63,983 nucleotides of DNA, filler included, from Octopus bimaculoides (GCF_001194135.2; 11 parts of 10 records of this genome joined end to end with filler, not necessarily neighbours in it); one strand, 5' to 3'. Shown: positions 24,020 through 38,905, numbered from the whole stretch's first letter. The notes: generated from the letters alone by a model not told the origin. Numbers and translations: made by a program.

Positions 24020-24996
24020 TATTATTTAGAAAACATTTTGTCTATTAGGATTATCCTGCACTGGTTTGACTTGGAAAATATCATTACGTTCAATTTCCTC
24101 TTTGCCGTGTCTTAATTTAAGTATCCTTGCATATTCCGCAGACACTCTTTGCAGGATTACATCCTGGCTTTGATCCAGCTTTGCAAGAATTCTAGTTCTG
24201 ACTTTTGCATCTTTTTCGGCAGTTGGTCCCTGTGTAAAAATCAGGTATTTGGACATATCTGGAGATAATTTATCCAGCTTAAACTTCTTTCATTCCCTCT
24301 TCACTCTTCCAGCATATGTACTCGTTTTCTCTATGTTCAAACACTTCCATGGTGCATTGAACAAAATTACTGTATCGTTCATATTCTGTTGCCGCCAGTT
24401 TTCTTAAGTTTAAACGCGTTCTCACTTCGTCGTCCCAATCTCTTTCTGGAAGATGTGCTTATACCTTTTGTGGTATGCTTCGACGGTAACTCCTTCTCCA
24501 GGTTTGTATTTGAATTCAGTTATTGAATTCGCAACATTGTCTGGCGAGAATACTTTTTCTGGCTTTGCTGACGACTTCAATAATTGCAGTATTTTTTGCT
24601 GTAATATTAAATGTTGTTGTTGCGTCTGTTGTTGCTCTTGCAATTGTATCTGCTGTTGTTCTTCTTTCATTTGTTGTTGTTGCAGTTTTTGCAACTCAAG
24701 CAAACCTGCCAACAATTTTTCCATACTTTTATGATGTTTCGTAAACTTCATACACCAACTTTGTGAGATTATTAACTCCTCTTCGAGTTTCTATTAAACC
24801 TACGTGAATTGGTTCATCCTCATCGCCACTGTTATAATGAAATCTTTAGCCACTGTTGTATCTGTCTTTGCACGACAGTTGTCGCTCTGACAGATATTGC
24901 TGTCTTCCGAAGTCGTCCATAGAATAGTTCTATCTTGCACTGTACGACCACCGCCGTACACCGTTAGTACCCTGAAAAGGTTGGATCGTTATAACA
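24020..24996 (-). mobile_element. Truncated Gypsy-type LTR retrotransposon: putative LTR 24830-24996, PBS 24816-24829, decayed gag
   Basis: Minus strand TGTTATAACGA...TCATTATAACA is immediately followed by GTGGCGATGAGGAT (PBS-like). Gag-like peptides VFSPDNVANSITEFKYKPGEGVTVEAYHKRY, FKLDKLSPDMSKYLIFTQG and KDAKVRTRILAKLDQ. No pol or 3' LTR seen. Confidence 0.75.
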
Positions 24997-26015
24997 TCTA
25001 CTCAGCATCAAAATATAATATCAGCACAAGCACGACTATCAACACAGTCTGCACATACTCTACGTACTCTCTGAACACCGCGACGTCACCTTATAGCGAC
25101 TGGCTTCTTCCACTCAAGTGGAAGGGCTGTACCATTGTTACTAATTAGCTAAAGTAACACATCATAGCTTGAACCACTGCCAATATGTTAAGCATTGTGA
25201 AGCTACCAACTGTTGATATAGTCCTTTCAAAATTTCAACGAAGATATTCCCAGCTTTACATCTCTCACATGTCCTAATGCTCACTAGTACGTCTGTCGTA
25301 AATCTAGCTCCAACAGTCACCAACGCTTCCTCAGATTAATGCTTTTTTTTTTAACGACTTGTAAATGTTTGAATTCTCTATGATATCAACTAAGATCATG
25401 AGCGCTAAAAGAAATTCAGTCAATCCCAGGCTAACAATAATATTAACAACAAAATCACTTTCAGTCAACATTTGATTAAAAATTATCGTTTTAACAAACT
25501 GTATCTACAATGAAAGATTTATTCAATGAAATATTTGATTACAGAATTAAAAACAACATTTAAATAAACCGGAATAAAACTTTCAATAACGTTCACACAT
25601 TGAAAGGGTACAAATTACCAGAATAAATCCAACTCTTTTCAAATCATTTGTTTACAAATATGAAATACTGAGTATTGTCATTTTAACTCATCATGCAAAC
25701 GGAAGATTCCAGAATCACTTTATTCATATCAAAGCAAACAAATATTCAATTTATGCTACGTTTTCCAATGCTTTTTACACCATATCAGAAAATGGCTTAT
25801 GAAATTAACCAAAATTCACGTTATGTGCATATACTTAATAATTGGCGAAGTTTGCATAGATTTTCTGCTAAGAGTTTCTCTCTTTCGCGAATGATGGGAT
25901 TAAATACATCCATACATACACTTACACTCACTCACATGTGTGTGTGTGTCTGTGTGAACGTGTGCATGTTTGTAGGTCTTATGTATGTAATACACAGATG
26001 TATATGTATGTATGC

Positions 26016-26059
<44 letters not shown>

Positions 26060-26064
<5 letters not shown>

Positions 26065-26345
26065 GAGAGAGAGAGAGAGAGAAAGACAGATAGTCAGAGA
26101 GAGAGAGACAGACAGATAGTCAGAGAGAGAGAGAGAGAGAGAAAGAAAGATAGTCAGAGAGAGAGAGGGAGAGAAAGAGAAAGAAAGACAGATAGTCAGA
26201 GAGAGAGAGGGAGAGAAAGAAAGACAGATAGCCAGAGAGAGAGAGAAAGACATATAGTCAGAGAGAGAGAGAGAGAGAAAGACAGATGGTCAGAGAGAGA
26301 GAGAAAGACAGATAGTCAGAGTGTGACAAAGGAGAAAAAGATAGA
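26060..26345. repeat. Compound minisatellite (AG)n-AAAGACAGATAGTC, about 9 units
   Basis: Direct inspection. Confidence 0.85.
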
Positions 26346-26921
26346 TAGATATACAAATAAACAGAGAGAAGAATTCCACTCCTACTACATTCCCAACCCA
26401 GCATCACATTCGCATGAATTTTGAATGTAACACTAACTCAAATGTAAATACTGGAATGCGGAATAATCCAAACACCAACAAATGCTTATATAATCACGGT
26501 GTTGGCTCTTGACCCCATACGTAACTATATGTTTGCGGAGAAATCATTTATATAATCCTGCTTCTAATTTTTGTCCATGCAAGTAGTTTAAATAAGAATA
26601 GTGTGTGTATAAAATGTTTACTACAATTGTAAGTGGTACTGTACTTTTTAGCAGACCACGTCAGAGTATAATTAAATGGCAAATTCAGTTTCACGAACAC
26701 TGTAACACAGGAAACAGTGTCAGGAATTTGACAGAAGGCATCACATACTTACTATCTGAGAGCCTATTGCATTCTTTATTTCATTTTCCATCCCCCTTTT
26801 CTCATCATAAGAACACATTTTTTTCATATACAAGTAATCAACTCAGTAGTAAGCAGTTACTCCAAACAGTTTGAACCTAAAGTTAATAAACATTCATCGG
26901 TCCGTAAACAACATATGTAGC

Positions 26922-26959
<38 letters not shown>

Positions 26960-29575
26960 ATTTCTTTAATAAAAAATTTCGTCTTGCTTACATTTTAATT
27001 CTACTATACTAAATGATATCGCACACTAAAGTGACATCTAAGTACCCCCATCATTTTTTCCCTGTCAATTTAACATCTTGAACTTCCCTCCTCTATAACA
27101 GTATTATATTTTCCCGCTTTAATGTAATATTTCTTTTTCAGTCATGTGTTAATCTTTCACGTTAAAGTGTCATCCATCTTTCGTATTTTCTCATAATCCT
27201 TCTTTCAGATTTCAAAATCTAATAGTTTTTACAACCTTTCTTCTTTAGCATCTTAGTTAAATTATTCTTTTACCTTTCAGCGTCAATCTTCCCCATTGCT
27301 CTCTTACGTTTCAGCATGAATCTGTTTGGCATTATAGCGCTCTTTTGCATTAGATGTCTCGCAAAAACTTCTTTCGTGTTTTAGCAAATATCTAACTTCC
27401 ATATCATGCTAATTTTTTTTTTCTTTTTGTATTTGCCACGGCATTTTTTCTTCTAGACAGTTTTATTTCTTAGGCACCATACTTACATTCCTGGTAAATT
27501 CTCAAACACATTTTATCATTTTAAATTATATTTCTTTACTACATTATTGCATTTTCCTTCCGTTAGTTTCTTCATTCATCCACTTATTGATACCTGTCAT
27601 CACATATTCATTCATTCTGTTCTTCGGGGACCTAGATACCAATACAAAAAGACGACATACTTACATAATATGTTTTACACACAATCTCACTCAAGCTTAC
27701 AAAAAGACACATACACACACACAAACACAGCTACAAATATAAACATATATACACGCAAGCTTTGTATTGTGAGATTCAGAGACAGTCAGTGGAAGAGAAA
27801 CATGCAGTGAAGAAAATAGATAATGAAATACAATTGAGTGTAAGCAGACGATGTAACTGTATTATGTTAGGACAACATTGTGACGACGCGTATATATGAG
27901 AGATAGTCTATGACACTGAGTATGAGAAAGTTGAAGGTAGTGGACGGGGTAAAGATGCAGTGACGGTAGGTTGATGCAGTTTAACAGTTTGATGTTCTGT
28001 TTACCAAACTAACTTGAAATCTCATCAAAATCGATAACATATTTTGGAGTCGTATATGATCATGACGCTAATCCAATATATTTTGGTGTAGCAGTTAATA
28101 ATGCATAAATCGTAATTATATGTATGAACGCATACATACATAAATATANNNNNNNNNNNNNNNNNNNNNNNNNNNNNNNNNNNNNNNNNNNNNNNNNNNN
28201 NNNNNNNNNNNNNNNNNNNNNNNNNNNNNNNNNNNNNNNNNNNNNNNNNNNNNNNNNNNNNNNNNNNNNNNNNNNNNNNNNNNNNNNNNCGTACGTACAA
28301 GTATATATATGATTGCGATAAATATCTATATGACAGGAAAATATGTTAAGAATAAGTATATATTATCACTATGTGTGTGGGTGTATGAGCGTGCGTGCGA
28401 GTGTATGCATATACCTGAAAACATAGATTTGTGGGTTCGAGGCCCACGGGCCTACATCGACTTTTTTTCTTTTCAAAAGAGATTTTCAACCCAATATTCA
28501 CATGCTGTTTTTTGTAACTTTATGTGCGTGCTACAAGATAGATGTTTTGAAAACAACATGCAGATGCAAGTGCTAAAAGTTGAAAGCTCCACATACCGGG
28601 TGCTAGCAAACTTATGGCTGACATCAAGTGAGAATGCACTCCGTTTCAAGGCTTTCCTCTCGACGGCATCATTGCACGCCGTCGCCTGTTACTCCAATGA
28701 GGACCCGTTTGTTAGATCAGCCGGTTACTAGGTTTCACTCCATAGCCTTCTAGCCATTAACCAAAATCGAGTGCATCGCCTTCCCCACTGTAGTCTGGAT
28801 ATCCCAGATGATATATATATATACATATATATATATAGTTTTATGGAAAAGAACCAAGGTTCATGAACTCATCGATGAAAATCCATTGTCACATATAGAA
28901 AAATTAATAAATAATTAATTTTCATCGATGAGTTCATGAACCTTGNNNNNNNNNNNNNNNNNNNNNNNNNNNNNNNNNNNNNNNNNNNNNNNNNNNNNNN
29001 NNNNNNNNNNNNNNNNNNNNNNNNNNNNNNNNNNNNNNNNNNNNNNNNNNNNNNNNNNNNNNNNNNNNNNNNNNNNNNNNNNNNNNNNNNNNNNNNNNNN
29101 NNNNNNNNNNNNNNNNNNNNNNNNNNNNNNNNNNNNNNNNNNNNNNNNNNNNNNNNNNNNNNNNNNNNNNNNNNNNNNNNNNNNNNNNNNNNNNNNNNNN
29201 NNNNNNNNNNNNNNNNNNNNNNNNNNNNNNNNNNNNNNNNNNNNNNNNNNNNNNNNNNNNNNNNNNNNNNNNNNNNNNNNNNNNNNNNNNNNNATATATA
29301 TAGCATTGCGAGAATTATTTGGAATTATTATGGAATTATCATGGAAACTCAAAGGAGTCAGTGAGGTGTATTTGATCAACATAGACAAATATGTGTATAT
29401 CTATATCATACAGCGTTAACATTCGACTTATTAAAATTTCTCAATCTCTAGATATTTCATAATTACTAAATGGCTATAAGAACCTCTCCTACATCAAAAA
29501 CGAGATAATTTCGAGGGCCACAAATCTCTTGTCTTGATTCACCATTAATGAAACATATATGCTCATTGTCTTGAA

Positions 29576-29700
29576 CAGTGGTTCTCAGCCGGAGTCCATA
29601 TGGCCTCTGTGGGTCCATATACGATTTTGGAGGTGTCTATGTAAGAAAATAGTAAATTGAGGATTCACAATTGTATTTTAAGCGGCCCTGAAAATAAATT
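29576..29700. mobile_element. Left end of a hAT MITE related to 15785-16042
   Basis: cagtggttctcagccggagtccatatggcctctgtgggtccat resembles the 15785 left end; no right TIR found. Confidence 0.5.
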
Positions 29701-29948
29701 TGTGTGTGTATTTAGGGGTGTTCAGGGAGAGTTCATATCCCACGTGCAGAAACCGACATTTTCTTTCCCCTGATTATTTTTTTTGTTTACCCAATATTTA
29801 TGTGCTTTATTTATAGCTTTATGTGCTTCGAGATTTAACTTTCCAAAAACAAGGTTAAGTTGGCATTCTCTTCATTGTGAAATTCTTTTTCAAAAGAAAT
29901 ATATAAATCAACAAGTATATATAAACTATGTATCTGTGTACGTATATG

Positions 29949-29979
<31 letters not shown>

Positions 29980-31143
29980 NNNNNNNNNNNNNNNNNNNNN
30001 NNNNNNNNNNNNNNNNNNNNNNNNNNNNNNNNNNNNNNNNNNNNNNNNNNNNNNNNNNNNNNNNNNNNNNNNNNNNNNNNNNNNNNNNNNNNNNNNNNNN
30101 NNNNNNNNNNNNNNNNNNNNNNNNNNNNNNNNNNNNNNNNNNNNNNNNNNNNNNNNNNNNNNNNNNNNNNNNNNNNNNNNNNNNNNNNNNNNNNNNNNNN
30201 NNNNNNNNNNNNNNNNNNNNNNNNNNNNNNNNNNNNNNNNNNNNNNNNNNNNNNNNNNNNNNNNNNNNNNNNNNNNNNNNNNNNNNNNNNNNNNNNNNNN
30301 NNNNNNNNNNNNNNNNNNNNNNNNNNNNNNNNNNNNNNNNNNNNNNNNNNNNNNNNNNNNNNNNNNNNNNNNNNNNNNNNNNNNNNNNNNNNNNNNNNNN
30401 NNNNNNNNNNNNNNNNNNNNNNNNNNNNNNNNNNNNNNNNNNNNNNNNNNNNNNNNNNNNNNNNNNNNNNNNNNNNNNNNNNNNNNNNNNNNNNNNNNNN
30501 NNNNNTAAACATAATAAAGGGATCAGCAAATATTTGCTTCACTATATACCGAAGTTCAGAAATAGCAGCTAAAAAAGCTGAGACTCCAACACATAGCATT
30601 ACTTGCAACTCACAAAGGCAAAAACAAGAAGAAAAAAGCAATGAAAACTAACCATTCCGAAGATTAATCGTAGACGCGTTCCTGGATTATGAGTGATAAA
30701 TACTCAATTTCCTTCATCAATACGATATTCCAGCAGTAAATTCGACTATGCCAGCAAAATGTGCATGCATGAACGAGTGAACATTCTACATCGACACAAA
30801 CCTGAAAGCATAATCGAATCTACTTCGGCCAGCATAATCGAATCTACTTCGGCCAGCCAGTCCACTATCCTTCCTTCAAGAAATATTACCACGTATATTA
30901 CCATGTGCGCGACAAGCAATACCGCAGAGAATCTGCGTTTACTAACAGGGAGTGAATAATTATTACAAATTAAAAGGGTAAAGGTTTATTAATTTATTAA
31001 TAAATCAACAATTAATAATTTTTACCAAGCCCTTCGGTATGTAAGCACCATTATCGGTGGAGAACTTACTTAAAAGTTCATTATATATGTGTGTGTATGT
31101 ATGTATGGGTGCATATATATATATATATATATANNNNNNNNNN

Positions 31144-31192
<49 letters not shown>

Positions 31193-31602
31193 AACACGCG
31201 CATGAAGAAGTCAAGTACAACGTTATACAAAGGGGTTGTTAGGGAGGAGATTGGTGAAGGTGTACGAAGTTCAACTAAATGTAAAACTTCACTTTCTATC
31301 TGCTCGAAGATATTTGTACTTTTTGTGCGTTCATTGTTGTTGCTTTATTTCTGCATTGATTATTTATTTTGAATAATTTGTAGAAAGAGACACAGACATG
31401 GGAACATACGCATGCTGGAAACTACATATATGCACATACACCTGCATGAATCCTTGATTTCTCTTTCTCCCACTCTCTCTCTCTCGTATATTCCCCCTCT
31501 CCCTTTCTCCGTCATTCTTTCCCACTCTCGCTCCCTTCTTCTCTCTCTCTCTCTCTCACTCACACACATATATGTATGCGTGCATACAGATATTTATGCA
31601 TG

Positions 31603-31633
<31 letters not shown>

Positions 31634-31644
31634 TTATGTATATA

Positions 31645-31675
<31 letters not shown>

Positions 31676-34600
31676 NNNNNNNNNNNNNNNNNNNNNNNNN
31701 NNNNNNNNNNNNNNNNNNNNNNNNNNNNNNNNNNNNNNNNNNNNNNNNNNNNNNNNNNNNNNNNNNNNNNNNNNNNNNNNNNNNNNNNNNNNNNNNNNNN
31801 NNNNNNNNNNNNNNNNNNNNNNNNNNNNNNNNNNNNNNNNNNNNNNNNNNNNNNNNNNNNNNNNNNNNNNNNNNNNNNNNNNNNNNNNNNNNNNNNNNNN
31901 NNNNNNNNNNNNNNNNNNNNNNNNNNNNNNNNNNATATATATACATATATATATACACATGCAGGAACTTTCCCATAATCACAGCCATTTCTATGTGCAT
32001 ATGCGAATGTGTGTGTGTGGAATATGTATTGGAATTGTACATTTTCATAAGCACACACATATAAGCATACATATGTATATATTTACCACTGGATATAAAT
32101 AACAATATGTATGTATGTTCTACGTATTTGTATATATAGACTGAAAGAAAATAGAGAAAATCTAAAGTAGATAATCTAAACAGTATTCGTGATAAAAGTT
32201 TATAATGTTTTACTTACAAAGCGTCTATTTATAGGAATAGTAGGCAACAGATATAAATAGCTAAAGCTTTTGTTTCAATTTGTAATATATTGCGAAGAGC
32301 AAATCCCGTTTTGTTATTTACTTAATTGTCATGTCTTTTTTTTCTTTTTATTTATTTATGTGAAGGAATTGACTGATACGAACTCCAACCGAAACTCACT
32401 TTAGCTCAGACGCTGTAAGCTTTATTTTGAGACCCGGAAGTTCAGTAGCCACAAACACGAACCGCGTTATTACATGTCTGTTGTGAGAAGTCAGATATCG
32501 GGCCTAATTTAGCAGAAAATTTTCGATAGCTAGTTCGTAGTATATTTGTTAACTCTATCCCATGGGCAACTAATAGATAACTAATCCTGGCTCCGTTACT
32601 GGGTTAATTTGACTTTTTCTCCATTCAGTGTATGCTTAAAATAAGGCTAAGTTGAAAGGTTATTGCATGAATATATAGCTAAACCTTATCGAAATATATG
32701 GAGTATATATCTAATCGTTAACATACTCCCCAGTGGCAAGTATTTGATAAGTATGCTATCTTCTTGCTTATTGCGTTAATTTATTTTCTGTGTCTTGAAT
32801 TTGTGCTCAAAATAATTTTAGGTTTAAGGGTTACTCTAGGAATAACTTGATAAGCATTATAAAAATACGAGTTAGTAGTATCCCTTATGCCTAAGAAAGA
32901 TGTACCCACTCAAGTACTAAATTATACACATACACACATGCACAGAAAAAAATACGACTTCGGAGACTTACAATATGGTTGCTATGTTGGATAGCAACAG
33001 TATTATTTTCTCACGTAGACGCCAGTAAATACAGTGCTAATATTACGATATTGACTTAGAATATTTGGTAGATCAGAAAACGATACTTTTTCCCCATTTT
33101 TGCTCTTATATTGCATGTTGTGAGAACGGCTTTTAAAAATAACGAGTTCAACAAACCTTTCAACAGTGTTTCAAAGGAATTCGATATTTCGATTGACCTG
33201 CTAACCTTAGACGTATCAATTATTAAGCGATGTTGATGTTGGAGAATGAATAAATATCAGCTTATACGGTTTTATTTCGAGACGTTGAATAACGGACAAA
33301 AATAATTGTTGTTTTGATGCCGAACATAAATGATGCATTATGATCGAAGTATGAATTCTATAAGAACATAAAGGAAATTTGGAAATTTTCCGTTAAGAAA
33401 ACTGGGCTTCACAAATAAAAGAATATATATACACAAAACAATAGTATATAATAATAACTAAATAAATTATAGACGGAAATTTCTGAATTGCATCTCTTGT
33501 GACTCTTGAATCTGTTTAGTGACTGTTGTATTCTGTTGCATTATATTATCTTTCCGCCTTCATTTCATTTGGATTCATTCCATTATCATTTAAGGAAGTT
33601 GATGGATATCTCATTCATAGAATTTATAAAAACACCGATAAGTTACAGACACTTAAAATACAGAAATCTTGAAAGAAACACCACTTTTGTGAAGATGACA
33701 TTTTAAATGACAAATCATTTTCAACAAAGAAAAATAGCTCAGTTTAATCACAAGTAAATAACAAACATGTTTTGGAGTCATCAAGATATGTTAGTGTGGT
33801 CATTAACCGTGAGAGAAATAGCAGTCAAATTTTCATAAAATTTCATCGAGCATAAAATTTTATCCAAGGAAACTATGGATAATTTATGGCCGATAAAACA
33901 TCAATCAAATGAAAGACCTTTGATCGTGACTAGAACAAATCTTTACCAATAGTTCAGCAAAATGACGGGCTTTTCTGGAGCTAAAGAACATAATACCTGT
34001 CACCCTTTTCATTCTCGCTACAAATGTCCATTAGATAGGCACTACTTAAATTCTTGGAACATAATAATCAATTATATCTACCGACTCACTCAAAAAACTG
34101 AAGTCTGGGAAATTGTTCGATGCATTTACAATTCGACAATGACTTGTTTATTTTCAAATCTCAGTGATATTATATTTTATGAAACGGAAAAAAAAACAGT
34201 ATCAAAATCGCCACAGCTTTCTGCTATATTATTATTATTCAAATAGTTATGTTAATATCGATATTACCCCTTTCATAACACCGAAGACCTCGCTTTGTTG
34301 TTCACACGTGTGATCTACAATCTTAGTAATTTTATTTTTTATTATTTTTTTTTTTCATATTCACGCGTTTGTTAAACTTTATATTCCACATATAAAATCT
34401 GATGGCTGAAATAAACAAACACACACACACACAAATACGCGCACGCACACATGCATACACACATTGTTGAAAAGGGGTTAAGAAGCCACGTATATCAAAC
34501 GTTATACGTGACAAATAAAAGCGGAAATATCACGTTCTTTATTATGCACAGAATATAAAAACAATTTGTTTTGATTTCTAATTTTAAAAATTTTATTTCT

Positions 34601-34808
34601 TAATTCTTGACCTTTGATTTTTAATATTTCCTAATATGAACACACTTATCGAAACCCATAATATTTTATAAAAGTCACTTAATATAACAAATATAAAAAT
34701 ATTGATCCTGCCGTTTCCACCTTTACTTTTTACCTCTCTCTCCTTCTCTTTATATATCTATCTATCTATATATCTATCTATCTATCTATCTATATATCTA
34801 TCTATCTA

Positions 34809-34841
<33 letters not shown>

Positions 34842-34924
34842 GTATATAACAGAGGGAGAGAAAGAGAGAGACTCTTGTTGGTGTGCTTACATCCCCATAA
34901 CATATCGTTTCGTTAAAATGGGAC

Positions 34925-35050
34925 AGTAGATTAAGTACCAGGCTTTACAAGCTAATAATAAGTACTGGGCTTGCTTCATTCGTCTGAAATTCTTCAAGTT
35001 GGTGCTCTAGCGTGGCCGGAGTCTAATGACTGAAACCAAGAGTAATAGAT
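34925..35050 (+). mobile_element. SINE B tail, diverged
   Basis: taagtaccaggcttt...ggtgctctagcgtggccg..tgactgaaacc. Confidence 0.65.
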
Positions 35051-35325
35051 ACGTGTGTGAGCGTATGTGTGTGTGCATGTGTGTATTTGTGTGTGTGTAT
35101 ACATATATGTATAATATGTAAGACTAATGAGTATAGTCGAATTAGTGTGATGATGTATTGAGTAAACATAATATGATACACAACATCCCAACCATAAGGG
35201 ATAGGCGCAGGAGGGGTCGAAACGATCGTCGTACAAAACAGTTTTATGAATTCCATCTTCTGTTGTGGCTTTTGTTGTGTGTTTCTTCTCGAGCCATGCC
35301 TGTTTCTTTGGCGTATAAGTGCTGA

Positions 35326-35356
<31 letters not shown>

Positions 35357-36849
35357 CACTCAGCACGTTACGATATTTTTTTCATTCTTTCTTTGTTTAT
35401 TTGCTCTTATTCCTTCCTCTTCAAGAGCATAGGCTTGAAATGTAAAACACTCATTTTCCTCGGCGGCAAAATAATACACCTGCTCGTTATTTATACACCT
35501 GTCTTCGTCTTTTGTTTTTCTATAAATTTCAACTATATTTATATAACTACATTCAAGCCAAGAAAGTTTTGGCCTTTTGTGTATTTTTTAAATATGACTA
35601 CTTCGTTTTTAATGTGTCCTATTTGTGAGGCATTGACAAATTAATTTCCTTGATATATAGCCGCTAATTCAACTCGGTCCAGTGACAACGTTGTTGCCAA
35701 CTGTCAATTCTTGCCGTTTCGATTCAACAACATAGCTAGACCACATTCCTTACTTGTTCTAGAGGAGAACTAAATTTATTTTTACCTATATTGCTACACT
35801 AATTGCGTAATTTATAAATTACCAATATAGTTTACATGCATGTAGGTGAAAATTAAAGGTATTACAGTCGTTTAATCAGAATAGGTGTAGAAACGGTTAT
35901 TCTAGAAATTTTATATTCTTCTTCCGTAATCTTAATGATTTCGGCAATTGCTTTAATCAAAATCAGCGATTAGTTATTTACGAACATTCTTTAAACTTTG
36001 CATAATCATTCTCATCATAGTCAAGTTGTCATTATTATTATTATTATTATCATTATTATTATCATAAGCATCATCATCATCATAATTAATATTAGTATTA
36101 TTATTAATTCTTTTCGATTAGTGTGAAATTCATGAGACATCTAGAATATCCTCATTAACGACAGGAATCAGTTAAATACTTAATGCGAAGACATCTATTA
36201 TGTAACTAAATTAGATTGAAACATAACTCGACTTCTAAATTGCATCGTAATGTTGTACATCTATTAATTTCATTAACGGGTTCGATAGAAATGTCCATTT
36301 CATCCAATAAATTTATTTTAGATAGTGCAGCAGCTCAGTAGTTAATTTCATGAATATGTTTAGATCATTTTCTTGCATGTTGGAGATATTTTTTTTTTAT
36401 ATATATTGAGGACAAGAATCTGTTCTTGTCGATTTTGATGCGCAGCCTCAAATCAATAATGATCCAAATAAGACCATCTCTTCTTATATATGTATTACTT
36501 TATTTTGCGATGCAATCCTTATATATATCCAATGCGTACTCCCGTTTTATAAAGCAACAGTTTGTGATTTCAGGGAATTTATCGCACAAGAATTGCAAGT
36601 CAGTCACCAATTGGAGGCGGGAAGATAGGTTCGAATCTATTAAATTAACAAATAATTTGTACTATTTAGGGACAATATGTTTTAAATCCAGGTGACTTTT
36701 ACGTGTAGCCACTATATATTGAATTAAAAGCCTGTTGACTGCAATCTTTCCTTTAATTTTTTTAAGCTTCCAAATGAATAAATAATTATGTAATATTTTG
36801 GCAAATATAGTTGATCATTCCGGTCCCAAACCTCGAGGCTCGTTGTCTT

Positions 36850-36892
<43 letters not shown>

Positions 36893-36992
36893 NNNNNNNN
36901 NNNNNNNNNNNNNNNNNNNNNNNNNNNNNNNNNNNNTTAATTAATTAANNNNNNNNNNNNNNNNNNNNNNNNNNNNNNNNNNNNNNNNNNNN

Positions 36993-37156
36993 TATACACT
37001 CTCTGAGTGGTTGGTGTTAGGAAGGGCATCCAGCTGTAGAAACTCTGCCAGATTTAGATTGGAGCCTGGTGTTGCCATCCGGTTTCACCACTCCTCAGTC
37101 AAATCATCCAACCCATGCTAGCATGGAAAGCGGACGTTAAACGATGATGATGATAT
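36993..37156 (+). mobile_element. RTE-type 3' tail
   Basis: ggttggtgttaggaagggcatccagctgtagaaactctgcc...gcggacgttaaacgatgatgatgat. Confidence 0.8.
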
Positions 37157-37529
37157 ATATGATGGGCTTAAATGTGTGCCAGGTATTGATGCTGGCAATT
37201 AAAATATTAGCTAAAATATACATCATCATCACAAGACAAAGAAATAGAAAGACTTGCTCAAATGAAGGGAGTTGTATTAGAGGGGACAGTGGCTTTATAC
37301 CAGGTGCTGAAAGGCTAAAATATGATAGAGACAAGAAAAGGTGCCTTGTTATAAAAGTGAAGATACATGGGTCCCCCCCCCACCTCATTATATAAGCGTT
37401 GGTGGCAATAACTGGAAAGAAGACAGCGAAGGCGATGAAGTGTCAGAGCATAAAAATTGAGGAATGCGTTACAGATTTATGGTGATAGATATCTATGTAC
37501 ACAATATACATACATGTTTGTGTGTGTGT

Positions 37530-37768
37530 ATCTCTTTCTCTGTCTTTTCTTCATCTCAAATGTCACCAGAGAATTTCTTAGCTATCCCCGCCATGACCTA
37601 ACAACCTAAAATACATTTTTCAGGGTTTGTCTATGTTTGTATGTCTGTCTGTCTCTCTCTCTTTCCTTTCTTCCTTGTCTCAAATATCGCTTCATCTATT
37701 ATGATCTATTGTCACCATTGTCACTTTCTTAGCAGAGATATTTTCAAAATCTTCCTATGTCCCAATAT

Positions 37769-37829
<61 letters not shown>

Positions 37830-38845
37830 NNNNNNNNNNNNNNNNNNNNNNNNNNNNNNNNNNNNNNNNNNNNNNNNNNNNNNNNNNNNNNNNNNNNNNN
37901 NNNNNNNNNNNNNNNNNNNNNNNNNNNNNNNNNNNNNNNNNNNNNNNNNNNNNNNNNNNNNNNNNNNNNNNNNNNNNNNNNNNNNNNNNNNNNNNNNNNN
38001 NNNNNNNNNNNNNNNNNNNNNNNNNNNNNNNNNNNNNNNNNNNNNNNNNNNNNNNNNNNNNNNNNNNNNNNNNNNNNNNNNNNNNNNNNNNNNNNNNNNN
38101 NNNNNNNNNNNNNNNNNNNNNNNNNNNNNNNNNNNNNNNNNNNNNNNNNNNNNNNNNNNNNNNNNNNNNNNNNNNNNNNNNNNNNNNNNNNNNNNNNNNN
38201 NNNNNNNNNNNNNNNNNNNNNNNNNNNNNNNNNNNNNNNNNNNNNNNNNNNNNNNNNNNNNNNNNNNNNNNNNNNNNNNNNNNNNNNNNNNNNNNNNNNN
38301 NNNNNNNNNNNNNNNNNNNNNNNNNNNNNNNNNNNNNNNNNNNNNNNNNNNNNNNNNNNNNNNNNNNNNNNNNNNNNNNNNNNNNNNNNNNNNNNNNNNN
38401 NNNNNNNNNNNNNNNNNNNNNNNNNNNNNNNNNNNNNNNNNNNNNNNNNNNNNNNNNNNNNNNNNNNNNNNNNNNNNNNNNNNNNNNNNNNNNNNNNNNN
38501 NNNNNNNNNNNNNNNNNNNNNNNNNNNNNNNNNNNNNNNNNNNNNNNNNNCTAACAGCTGGATGCCCTTCCTAACGCCAACCACTCCCTGAGTGTAGCAG
38601 GTGCTTTTTACCTGTCACTGGCACAGGGGCCAGTCAGGGGGCTGGCAACAACCACGATCGGTTGGTGCTTTTTACGTGCCACCAGCACAGGGGCCAGAGG
38701 AGGCTGGCAGTGGCCACGATCGGTTGATGCCTTTTATGTGCCACCAGCACGGGTATCACAACTACAATTTCCATTTGATTTTTATTTTGATGTTGATGTA
38801 CTTGACTCAATAGGTCTCCTTTCTAATAAATATCTAACTCTCTTC

Positions 38846-38905
<60 letters not shown>

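Noticed and set aside
25693-26424. 243-aa gap-free ORF
   Set aside because: Largely (TG)n, (TA)n and AG-rich minisatellite translation.
27060-27520. Purine-rich minus-strand stretch resembling a decayed LINE
   Set aside because: No diagnostic motif could be recovered by eye.
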